Shown: positions 8,447 to 17,389 of the stretch, one piece after another
Position numbering within the stretch: position 1 is the first letter of the stretch
Layout: every line of letters starts with the position of its first letter
DNA from: a virus
Lineage: Duplodnaviria; Heunggongvirae; Uroviricota; Caudoviricetes
Direction: 5' to 3' (one strand)
Length of the DNA: 18,673 nt
Virus record (IMG/VR): IMGVR_UViG_2617270979_000006
Program-made: the position numbers and the translations under genes
The notes under the pieces: model-generated
What the model was told of the DNA's origin: nothing
The model's database searches: none
Seen by the model: the letters and a program-made list of their open reading frames with translations, nothing else

Positions 8447-9160
8447 ATGTCATACATATGTTCTATCATTTTGGTGTTGAACTCGTTTGGTGTCCGAATT
8501 GGTAAAGAAGATATTTTGTTTAAAAAAGGAAATGCTGTCCTCATTGAATACAATTTAAAAGATCTTTTTTCGTCAAATACAGATCATCTAATGATCGTAG
8601 ATGTTGAGGAGAAAACAGTTAATGATTTCTTTAAAAACTACACACTCTCACCTTTTTCTGTAAGAAGGTTTTATCCGTCATACTTGATAGTAGAATGTGA
8701 AGATTTTTCATTGTTAAAGAACTTGGTTGCATGCTTGAATTGTGATAGCAAAACCGTGGATGTAGTTAGAAATCAAATATCACTTGCATGTCTTGCTGTC
8801 TTATCTTCAGAGAAAATAGTGCAAAGTTTTTTGTTCGGAAGTCTTAATAACTTAGGTTGTAAAGTTAAGGCTATTATTCACTCGGATATCTCAGCGTCAT
8901 GGAGACTTTGTGATATATCTTCAAGATTATATATGAGCGAGAGTTTGTTAAAAAGAAAATTAAAAGACGAAGGATTATCGTTTAGTAAATTAATTCTTGA
9001 AGAACGAATGATGATGGCGCAAAGATTATTGATCTACAGTAACCATACTGTCGGCAAGGTGGCGGGAATATGCGGGTATGACAATGCATCATATTTTGTA
9101 AGTGTTTTTAGAGGATATTTTGGTGTGCCTCCGCACCAATATTTATCAAGATTTTCTTAG
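8447..9160 (+). CDS. AraC/XylS-family transcriptional regulator, AppY/GadX/YdeO-like (237 aa)
   Basis: C-terminal double HTH (SESLLKRKLKDEGLSFSKLILEERMMMAQRLL, GYDNASYFVSVFRGYFGVPPHQY). N-terminus MSYICSIILVLNSFGVRIG...FKKGNAVL parallels prophage-encoded AppY as recalled. AT-rich gene preceded by about 400 bp of AT-rich DNA. Confidence 0.8.
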   Translation: MSYICSIILVLNSFGVRIGKEDILFKKGNAVLIEYNLKDLFSSNTDHLMIVDVEEKTVNDFFKNYTLSPFSVRRFYPSYLIVECEDFSLLKNLVACLNCDSKTVDVVRNQISLACLAVLSSEKIVQSFLFGSLNNLGCKVKAIIHSDISASWRLCDISSRLYMSESLLKRKLKDEGLSFSKLILEERMMMAQRLLIYSNHTVGKVAGICGYDNASYFVSVFRGYFGVPPHQYLSRFS

Positions 9161-9228
9161 AAGATATGATGTGATGGCATTTTATAAAGTTATTTTTTGA
9201 AGTGTAAGATTATACGATATTTTTAGCT

Positions 9229-9260
9229 ACGCCAGAATAATTGCTGGCGTTTTTCTTTTT
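9229..9260 (+). terminator. Intrinsic terminator after the AraC-like gene
   Basis: Stem acgccag / ctggcgt with 8-nt loop, followed by tttttcttttt. Confidence 0.6.
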
Positions 9261-9350
9261 GAATAGATGTTCGGGCCTTACGCTAATGTAACTTCTTTCC
9301 TTCTTCGAACCAAACCGTGTACACCATCCGTTATCTGCGGAGGTGAGGCT

Positions 9351-9566
9351 ATGAAATCCATGGATAAGTTAACAACGGGCATCGCCTACAGCACCTCTGC
9401 AGGCAGTGCTGGCTACTGGTTTTTACAGTTGCTCGATAAAGTCACGCCCTCACAGTGGGCGGCAATAGGTGTATTGGGTAGTCTGGTATTTGGCATGCTG
9501 ACGTATCTGACAAATCTTTATTTCAAGATTAAAGAAGACAGGCGTAAGGCTGCGAGAGGAGAGTAA
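9351..9566 (+). CDS. Phage-21-type class II holin / pinholin (S21, EssD/EssQ-like, 71 aa) with dual-start motif
   Basis: [71 protein letters not shown], with Met1 and Met4 starts typical of the antiholin/holin pair. RBS GGAGGTGAGG. The upstream extension of the track ORF (9267) is rejected. Confidence 0.85.
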   Translation: MKSMDKLTTGIAYSTSAGSAGYWFLQLLDKVTPSQWAAIGVLGSLVFGMLTYLTNLYFKIKEDRRKAARGE

Positions 9567-9570
9567 TCCA

Positions 9571-9878
9571 ATGACTCAAGACTATGAACTGGTTGTGAAA
9601 GGAGTCCGTAATTTTGAGAATAAAGTTACGGTAACTGTAGCCTTACAGGACAAAGAACGCTTTGACGGTGAAATTTTTGGCCTGGATGTCGCCATGGACC
9701 GTGTTGAAGGAGCTGCGCTGGAGTTTTATGAGGCAGCAGCCAGAATGAGCGTCCGGCAAGTCTTCCTGGAAGTAGCAGAAAAATTGTCAGAAAAAGTTGA
9801 GTCTTATCTGCAGCATCAGTACTCCTTTAAGATTGAAAATCCTGCCAATAAGCACGAGCGTCCTCATCATAAATATCT

Positions 9879-9882
<4 letters not shown>
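9571..9882 (+). CDS. ydfR: Small protein between holin and endolysin (YdfR-like, 103 aa)
   Basis: Length and position between S and R match Qin ydfR as recalled. AGGAG RBS. Stop overlaps the endolysin start (ATGA). Confidence 0.6.
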
Positions 9883-10906
<1,024 letters not shown>

Positions 10907-11269
10907 GGTAATATTAAATCGGAACATTTACATCGCGGAATGTAAAATTTAAATAAAAAGGACTCTTCCATGAGCCAAAATTCCTGAAATCTTAAGGGTA
11001 AGATAAAAGGTCTTAATCAGAATGACACGTTATTATTAATAAATAAAGCTATTCTTTCATTGCTGTGTTTTTCTTTACAAAAGTAATCCTTGCTATGGGT
11101 GGTTAATCATGCGTTAATGGTGTTCTGGTTTGTTACAAATTTATCTGAAGCAGTCATTGTTATAATTTTATTATTTGTACCTCTTGAGATTTCCTTGTTG
11201 GTTTTTCTCTCTGATATTTTTTTTCGGACCATTCTGCCCAAGGGCTAATTTCTTCAAAAGGTAATAATT
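10907..11269 (+). promoter_or_regulatory. Long AT-rich leader/promoter region of the csp gene (candidate cold-shock 5' UTR)
   Basis: About 360 nt of ORF-free AT-rich DNA with a perfect TATAAT near 11160 and TTGCTA-N18-TTAATG near 11085-11115. CspA-family genes are known to have long structured 5' UTRs. The transcription start is not determinable by eye. Confidence 0.4.
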
Positions 11270-11482
11270 ATGTCTAACAAAATGACTGGTTTAGTGAAAT
11301 AGTTTAACCCTGAAAAAGGTTTTGGTTTCATCACGCCGAAAGATGGCAGCAAAGATGTGTTTGTCCATTTCTCAGCAATTCAGAGCAACGATTTCAAAAC
11401 ATTAACTGAGAATCAGGAAGTTGAATTTGGTATTGAGAACGGACCTAAAGGTCCTGCCGCTGTTCATGTAGTGGCGCTTTGA
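11270..11482 (+). pseudogene. cspI: CspA-family cold-shock protein gene (CspI-like) interrupted by an in-frame amber codon at codon 11
   Basis: Reads [72 protein letters not shown]-stop. The TAG at 11300-11302 replaces the invariant Trp (TGG) of the WFN motif. No downstream in-frame Met, so no full-length product without suppression. Confidence 0.8.
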
Positions 11483-11681
11483 GGTAGACAATATTACAAA
11501 CCATATTCACTTTAGATGCCCGTGTTGTCATGGTTCCCAGTATAGAACATCATCTTTTGATGTTTCTGACATGAATCCTTTCGGGGCAAAATGTATCTTT
11601 TGTAAATCAATGATGATTACATTTGATAATATTTCACAATACTTAAATGCCAGCCGTCTGTCGTTGGATTTAAAAAAGTGA
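11472..11681 (+). pseudogene. Zinc-ribbon small ORF (YdfK/YnaE-like, by recollection) lacking a start codon for its conserved N-terminal part
   Basis: Open frame ...FRCPCCHGSQYRTSSFDVSDMNPFGAKCIFCKSMMITFDNISQYLNASRLSLDLKK with two Cys pairs (CPCC, CIFC). No ATG/GTG/TTG between the upstream stop (11469-11471) and the internal ATG at 11571. Confidence 0.35.
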
Positions 11682-11686
11682 AAATG

Positions 11687-11709
11687 AAGGCTCCTTCGGG
11701 AGCTTTTTT
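11687..11709 (+). terminator. Intrinsic terminator after the csp / zinc-ribbon unit
   Basis: Stem aaggctcc / ggagcttt (one G.U) with UUCG tetraloop, followed by a T run. Confidence 0.6.
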
Positions 11710-11753
11710 GCTTGGTATCTATTCGATGGATACTCACATACTACGGTAACATC

Positions 11754-11984
11754 ATGAAAAAAATCATGGTTTTTTTTAACTCTGAACCAGCAGTGGTAGT
11801 GCCAGCGATGACTGGAGTTAACACCATCATGCGTGAATATCCAAATGGCGAAAAAACACACCTTACTGTAATGGCCGCAGGGTTTCCATCTCTGACCGGA
11901 GATCATAAAGTCATTTATGTAGCAGCGGATCGACATGTAACTTCAGAAGAAATTCTGGAAGCAGCAATGAGACTCTTGAATTGA
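11754..11984 (+). CDS. Hypothetical small protein (76 aa)
   Basis: MKKIMVFFNSEPAVVVPAMTGVNTIMREYPNGEKTHLTVMAAGFPSLTGDHKVIYVAADRHVTSEEILEAAMRLLN. Starts just after a terminator. Weak RBS; family not recognised. Confidence 0.4.
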   Translation: MKKIMVFFNSEPAVVVPAMTGVNTIMREYPNGEKTHLTVMAAGFPSLTGDHKVIYVAADRHVTSEEILEAAMRLLN

Positions 11985-12156
11985 TTTGATTCTAATGCAT
12001 TGATAATAAATGATAATCATCTTTATCTGTTTGTGTGAAATTTAGACCGTCGTATGTTGATTATTGCGATGTTTCATCTTATCTTTTATACGTTTGCTCC
12101 ATATAATTGACACTACTGTGTACCAGGACAGTCATAACAGACTAAAAGAGGAAATG

Positions 12157-12330
12157 ATGAACATTGAAGAGTTAAAAACAAAAACAGAAGCAGATATTTC
12201 TGAATATATAACAAAAAAAATCATTGAGCTTAAGAAAAAGACCGGGAAAGAAGTTACCAGTATCCAGTTTACTGCACGGGAAAAAATGACTGGTCTTGAA
12301 AGCTATGATATCAAGATTGATTTAATCTAG
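12157..12330 (+). CDS. gnsB: Gns-family protein (GnsA/GnsB-like, 57 aa)
   Basis: MNIEELKTKTEADISEYITKKIIELKKKTGKEVTSIQFTAREKMTGLESYDIKIDLI resembles GnsB as recalled. AAGAGGAA RBS; a second in-frame ATG lies at 12154. Confidence 0.8.
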   Translation: MNIEELKTKTEADISEYITKKIIELKKKTGKEVTSIQFTAREKMTGLESYDIKIDLI

Positions 12331-12394
12331 CATGTTTATAGTATTAGCATCAATTTCTCATCAGATGCTATTCAACAATACAAATTACCCATAA

Positions 12395-12419
12395 ACCTCG
12401 TTTTTACGGGGTTTTTTTA
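12395..12419 (+). terminator. Intrinsic terminator after gns
   Basis: Stem acctcg / cggggt (one G.U) with loop ttttta, followed by a run of 8 T. Confidence 0.55.
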
Positions 12420-12625
12420 TATTTAAACATTACCGAATAGATATAAATCTCGATTGTCGATGGTATTGGTTATGTGACAATACCTAGTCTTTCCGGTATG
12501 CCTGAAGAGAATACAAACGACAGATTATGTAAGGGAAACGCGCTGAAACTTTCACTCTTTCATGCTGAGTGATTTGACGTTATATTTTTAGCCGCAAGTG
12601 AAGAGCAAACGAATGGAGCGACAAA

Positions 12626-12832
12626 ATGCATAAAGATCAATACACTGATGCCCCCTCCCAGGAGCAGGTTCGTGTAAAAACTATGCTTAATAGCACCATT
12701 TCGATGGGTTACCCGGATGTTGTAATTGCATGTATAGAACATCAAGTATCTCTGGAAGCATTCAGGGCAATTGAGGCCGCGTTAGTAAAGCACGATAAGA
12801 ATACGAAGGATTATTCCCTGGTGGTTGACTGA
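12626..12832 (+). CDS. Hypothetical small protein (68 aa)
   Basis: ORF with GGAG 7 nt upstream of the ATG: [68 protein letters not shown]. Family not recognised. Confidence 0.45.
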   Translation: MHKDQYTDAPSQEQVRVKTMLNSTISMGYPDVVIACIEHQVSLEAFRAIEAALVKHDKNTKDYSLVVD

Positions 12833-13197
12833 TCACCATAACTGCTAACCATTCTGACCATTTCACAAGTGACAGAGTCAATATCGTATTCTGTCACTGT
12901 AAGGCTAATACAGTACTGCAATTCAACTACAGCAATGCCTCGTATTTAGGTGAATTTACAATATCGTCCAGTTCGGATGCCGGCTGCATTTCTGAAGATA
13001 AGGCATTTCGGTTCGCGTATTTTCCCCTCATGCTCGTCAGTCCTGCGCGTAGTAAGAAACAGGACACTCACACTAATTTGTGTGGGCATGCTGTGATGTC
13101 CTTCTGAATTATCCCCATGCCATTATGTAAAGCTCTGTTTCAGATGCTCGTCACGGTTGTCAGGCTGTCGGGTCCTCCCAGTGGGGGTCCCTGCCAC

Positions 13198-13215
13198 GGG
13201 GCGGGAGCGTCGCGG
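13198..13215 (+). other. Candidate cosN-like cohesive-end site upstream of the terminase genes
   Basis: GGGGCGGGAGCGTCGCGG resembles the lambda left-end cosN sequence GGGCGGCGACCTCGCGG as I recall it. It lies about 180 nt upstream of the small terminase start, as in lambda. Confidence 0.35.
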
Positions 13216-13394
13216 AAAAAGGCTATTTTTTGCATTTCCATGGCGGCGGCAGCATGTTTGGTAATTTATTGATAATTAAAAGTTATTTCTCTTTTCAGCT
13301 GTACAATATTTTTTTCTCCCTGTCATTAGACTAGTTTGCAATTAATTGAAATATATAAATAAACCTGATTTTCACCTGCCAGATGGAGTTGCTT

Positions 13395-13922
13395 ATGTCA
13401 AATGTGAGCGGGATCGGTGATGCTTATTACTGGAGTGTTTTTAAAATCGCCGAGGCCTTTGGGCTTCACCGGGACACAGTAAAAAAACGGCTCCTCGCGG
13501 CCAACACTCCTGTGGCTGCGACTGTCAGGGGGAACCCCGTTTACGCCCTGCAGCATGTCGGGCCCGCCCTGTTTAGTGTGAAGCATGAGGCAGCAGACTC
13601 TGTTCATGATCCATCCCGTATGGAGCCGAAAGAGAGAAAGGACTGGTACCAGTCTGAAAATGAAAGGATCAAGCTGGAAAAGGAGCAGCGAAAACTCATC
13701 CCAGTTGATGAAGTAGTCATCGTCTATTCGTCCATGAGAAAGGCTGTCGTCCAGGTTCTGGAGACAATTCCGGATGTTCTTGAACGCGATTGCGCCCTGA
13801 CTCCTCAGGCCGTCGGCGTTGTACAGCAGGCCATTGATGACCTGCGATACACTCTTCAGGAAAAATCCTACGAGGCTTGTGCTGCTGAATTAATTCCTGA
13901 TGAGGAAGGAGAGAGTCTCTAG
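13395..13922 (+). CDS. Terminase small subunit (Nu1-like DNA packaging protein, 175 aa)
   Basis: N-terminal HTH (SVFKIAEAFGLHRDTVKKRL) and charged coiled segment (ERKDWYQSENERIKLEKEQRKL). GGAG 6 nt upstream of the ATG at 13395. Immediately precedes terL. Confidence 0.8.
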   Translation: MSNVSGIGDAYYWSVFKIAEAFGLHRDTVKKRLLAANTPVAATVRGNPVYALQHVGPALFSVKHEAADSVHDPSRMEPKERKDWYQSENERIKLEKEQRKLIPVDEVVIVYSSMRKAVVQVLETIPDVLERDCALTPQAVGVVQQAIDDLRYTLQEKSYEACAAELIPDEEGESL

Positions 13923-13930
13923 GAGGAATA

Positions 13931-15556
13931 ATGGGTTTTTCATCAGCCCGAAATTTGGGAAGGGACATATCGGCAGGATTTTCCCCACCACGTCGCATGC
14001 CGATTTCGGAGGCTGTTAAAAAATTCATGCGTGTTCCCAAGGGGGCTGGTAACTCGGTGCCATGGGATCCTGAACTGACACCCTACATCATTGAGCCCAT
14101 GAACTGCCTGGCATCGCGTGAATACGATGCGGTGATTTTTGTTGGTCCTGCGCGAACAGGGAAGACCATTGGTCTGATCGATGGATGGATTGTCTATACC
14201 ATCGTTTGCGATCCTTCGGACATGCTCGTTGTGCAGATGACCGAAGATAAGGCCCGCGAGCATTCTAAAAAGCGCCTCGACAGAACGTTCAGAAGCAGTG
14301 CGGCGGTAAAGAAAAGAATGAGTCCACGTCGTAACGACAATAATGTCCATGATAAGACGTTCAGGGATGGCTCGTTCCTTAAAATTGGTTGGCCCTCGGT
14401 CAACATTATGTCGTCGTCGGATTACCGGTTTGTCGCCTTAACCGATTACGACCGTTTTCCGGAGAATATCGACAGCGAGGGTGATGGTTTCTCCCTGGCC
14501 TCAAAACGTACCACCACATTTATGTCCGCCGCGATGACTCTGGTGGAGAGCTCGCCGGGACGTGACATCTGCGACAGCAAATGGCGACGTAAGTCGCCTC
14601 ATGAAGCGCCACCGACGACTGGTATTCTTTCCCTTTACAATCGTGGTGACCGCCGCCGCTGGTACTGGCCATGTCCGCACTGCGGTGAATATTTTCAGCC
14701 AGCTATGGATGCCATGACCGGCTACCGTAATGAACCGGATCCCTTTAAAGCCAGTGAGGCGGCGTATCTACTTTGCCCACACTGCAGCGGCATTATCACT
14801 GCGGAGAAAAAGCGTGAGCTCAATAGTGCAGGAGTCTGGTTGCGTGAAGGTCAGGTCATTGATCGTAACGGCAACGTTTCCGGTGAACCGCGCCGCTCCC
14901 GTAATGGCAGCAAGGATAAGGAACGCGAGCTTACCATTCAGCCAGGCATTATTTACGATGATCTGAAACCCGGCGAAGAAATCGGAATGGTGAAGTCGGA
15001 TCGCCCAAATCCTAACCTTGAAACTTTTCGTAATGGTCAGTTGCGTGCCGTGGCGGCGGGCAGTCGTCTGAGTTTTTCCAGTACAGCGCGCAACTATAAC
15101 GGCACTTACAGCGCCCAGCGTCAGGAGCTGGTTGAATCCACTGATGGCTACCTGATCCTGCAGGACTGGTTTATTGGTGCCGTCACCCGTCCGATGTATC
15201 GTGCCTGGCTGAAACAGGCTGTGGCATCCGGTGTTATCAGGCTACCCCGCGATCTTGACCTTTCTTCACTGTATACCGCGGTGTATTCCGGACCGGTGAT
15301 GCCGTGGATTGACCCTGTTAAGGAGGCTGAGGCCTGGAAAATCCAGATTCGTGGTGGAGCGGCGACAGAATCAGACTGGGTACGTGCTGGTGGTCGTAAT
15401 CCGGATGATGTCAAACGTCGGCGCAAGGCCGAAATTGATGAAAACCGCAAGCTGGATCTGGTATTTGATACCGATCCGGCCAGTGATAAAGGAGGCAGCA
15501 GTGCCGCAACGAAACGACAGGAGCCGCAGCACACCGACGACCAGTCCGAAGAATAA
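13931..15556 (+). CDS. Terminase large subunit GpA-family ATPase domain, with a C-terminal portion that looks portal-like (possible in-frame terL::portal fusion)
   Basis: Walker A VIFVGPARTGKT; GpA-type zinc-finger region WYWPCPHCGEYF...LLCPHCSGI, collinear with lambda gpA N-terminal half as recalled. C-terminal about 200 aa (SFSSTARNYNGTYSAQ...PWIDPVKEAEAWKI...) lacks nuclease motifs and resembles lambda-type portal C-termini. RBS GGAGG. Confidence 0.7.
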   Translation: MGFSSARNLGRDISAGFSPPRRMPISEAVKKFMRVPKGAGNSVPWDPELTPYIIEPMNCLASREYDAVIFVGPARTGKTIGLIDGWIVYTIVCDPSDMLVVQMTEDKAREHSKKRLDRTFRSSAAVKKRMSPRRNDNNVHDKTFRDGSFLKIGWPSVNIMSSSDYRFVALTDYDRFPENIDSEGDGFSLASKRTTTFMSAAMTLVESSPGRDICDSKWRRKSPHEAPPTTGILSLYNRGDRRRWYWPCPHCGEYFQPAMDAMTGYRNEPDPFKASEAAYLLCPHCSGIITAEKKRELNSAGVWLREGQVIDRNGNVSGEPRRSRNGSKDKERELTIQPGIIYDDLKPGEEIGMVKSDRPNPNLETFRNGQLRAVAAGSRLSFSSTARNYNGTYSAQRQELVESTDGYLILQDWFIGAVTRPMYRAWLKQAVASGVIRLPRDLDLSSLYTAVYSGPVMPWIDPVKEAEAWKIQIRGGAATESDWVRAGGRNPDDVKRRRKAEIDENRKLDLVFDTDPASDKGGSSAATKRQEPQHTDDQSEE

Positions 15557-15569
15557 TTCCTGGTTCAGG

Positions 15570-15665
15570 ATGCAGGCTGGTCACCAGAGTGACGCGGATA
15601 TTTATATTTATGACGAGATTGGTTTCTGGGGTGTTACAGCGAAGCAGTTTAGGGTAAATTCGTAA
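15570..15665 (+). pseudogene. N-terminal stub of a phage head maturation (prohead) protease
   Basis: MQAGHQSDADIYIYDEIGFWGVTAKQFRVNS-stop. The IYIYDEIGFWG...TAKQF pattern is the characteristic N-terminus of ClpP/S49-like prohead proteases; the frame terminates after 31 codons. Confidence 0.4.
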
Positions 15666-15737
15666 TGATTACCTAAATACGTTATTCTTTTGTTCAAAAA
15701 GTGATTTTGCTATAGGTAGGGAGTATGTTCTTGGATT

Positions 15738-15772
15738 AAGAATAAAAATCGCCATGAAAGAGCTTCATGGCG
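15738..15772 (-). terminator. Candidate intrinsic terminator on the minus strand within the AT-rich region
   Basis: Perfect 9-bp stem cgccatgaa / ttcatggcg with a 5-nt loop; on the minus strand it is followed by ATTTTTATT. Confidence 0.45.
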
Positions 15773-16476
15773 AGTACATAAACGTACAAAATATGATGAA
15801 AGTAGAGTGGCGTAAGCCACTATATTAAGATATGACAATAGCGAAGAAAAGTAAATAACATTTTATGGGCGTTTAATTGTTAATTATAAAAACTAGAGTG
15901 CCCGATATTGTTTATCTTGCTTTAAAATAATGTACTCAAACCAAATTTTTGAGCTAAAAGCTCAAATAATATAAATGCAATGATAATGTTTAATAAGACA
16001 ATTAGCTTGCTTTGTATTTTCATTTCGGAATACTGTTAAGTAACTTTGATGACACTAACAATAGATCGGAATTTTCTTAGAGTCAATGGTCACTGTTTTT
16101 GCTTGCAAAGCAAATGTTTTTGGTGGTTATAAGTTTTCTTAATATAGTCACCTATGCAACTTGTTCCGTGTGGAGATTAAAGGTTAAAATTTAATGCGAA
16201 GATGGAATTATAATATATTTTTTTATAATTAATTTAACCTTAACATCGTTGCTGGCGGCATGGAAGAAATATCGGGTCTTGCTGATGTCGTGTTGGCACT
16301 TCCTTAGTGCGGTTATCGAATGGCCAGCTGTACCTGTGGGGTAAAAACTTTATATGGGTGCTATTTTTATAATAGCTGGTAAAAACTGGCCGAACTGAAA
16401 TTCACTGTTGATAAAAAAGATGTGTTTGAGTGTATGTCATTGTTTTCTTAATGGAATCCACTAGAATGCAGCGAAT

Positions 16477-16674
16477 TTAAGAAGGTGGGTTTTTATTGGA
16501 ATATAAACTACAATAATGCTCAACTCGTTCGTAGAATTGTTTTTTCTTATTTTTTGGAATGCTAACCATTATATGCATTATGGGGGCGATACTTCCTGAT
16601 AATTTACATGATGCATACATTGAAGCAATAAATTCAATATCATTGTCATCAAAGTTAAAGCTTTCTCCGTCCAT
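16477..16674 (-). CDS. Candidate small protein (65 aa) inside the AT-rich ORF-poor region
   Basis: MDGESFNFDDNDIEFIASMYASCKLSGSIAPIMHIMVSIPKNKKKQFYERVEHYCSLYSNKNPPS, with AAGGAA 5-6 nt upstream of the ATG. No recognisable family; AT-rich DNA produces ORFs by chance. Confidence 0.3.
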   Translation of the reverse strand: MDGESFNFDDNDIEFIASMYASCKLSGSIAPIMHIMVSIPKNKKKQFYERVEHYCSLYSNKNPPS

Positions 16675-17389
16675 TTCAATTCCTTATGTGTTTGGCACAA
16701 CTGATGCTGTATCCCATGAGAATTTATGCAAGTTGTTATGTTTGATTTGATATTGCAATGATAATTGTAGCTAATTGTTTTCAATTGAGTGAAAGTTTAT
16801 TTCGAGTGATTAAGTCGAAAAAAAAGATTTCTCACGGTTAGTAAGCGTATTAGGTTAGTATTCAGATATGAATGGTATTAATGACTAAATTTTCAATCAT
16901 ATATGGATTTTTATGCTGATGAAGATGTTTTATTTGGCGATTCGTCAAGCATCTTCACTTAAGTAATCGTATATTTTAAGAGTGCAAAAGAGAAAGGGAC
17001 AACGTTGCTCGCACTCTGGATTAAATATAGGGTGTTGTTAAACTGCGTTGATACATAATTGTACCGGATATTGAGTGGTCTGAAGTCCCAGTCATTAAGT
17101 AATCGTTTCGTGATATGCCGCAGAAACGTTGTATGCAATAACGTTCTGCGGTTGGCTGATGCACTTTCGAGAGTGTATTGAATAATTTCAAGCCGTTATT
17201 GTTTTTACGCGTAACACCATGAAAAGACTGCTTATCTGTTGGGTATTTTTTGGGGCATATATGGGACAGAAATAGGCCACAGATAGATAGTAAGATCGAA
17301 CTCAGGATGCTTTTGAAAAAATGTAACTATCTGAAAAAACCTAGAAAGCGCCAAGGAAACCACAGAATGAGAAAAAACATCTGTGAATT

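Noticed and set aside
9267-9350. Upstream extension of the holin ORF (track start at 9267)
   Set aside because: The strong RBS and the conserved S21 dual-start MKSMDK are at 9351; the extension overlaps the AraC terminator region.
11528-11936. Minus-strand ORFs 11528..11737 and 11670..11936
   Set aside because: Antisense to the zinc-ribbon ORF, the terminator and the 76-aa ORF; no RBS; the plus-strand reading gives recognisable motifs.
13398-15534. Internal or antisense ORFs within the terminase genes (13398..13607, 13717..14040, 13943..14350, 14194..14406, 14730..14966, 15148..15534)
   Set aside because: All are embedded in the well-supported terS/terL frames.
15309-15569. Upstream part of track ORF 15309..15665
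   Set aside because: Overlaps the end of the terminase/portal ORF in another frame; only the part from ATG 15570 carries the protease-like motif.
16559-16784. ORFs 16559..16750 (+) and 16578..16784 (-)
   Set aside because: They overlap the better-supported minus-strand 65-codon ORF; no RBS; hydrophobic low-complexity translations from AT-rich DNA.
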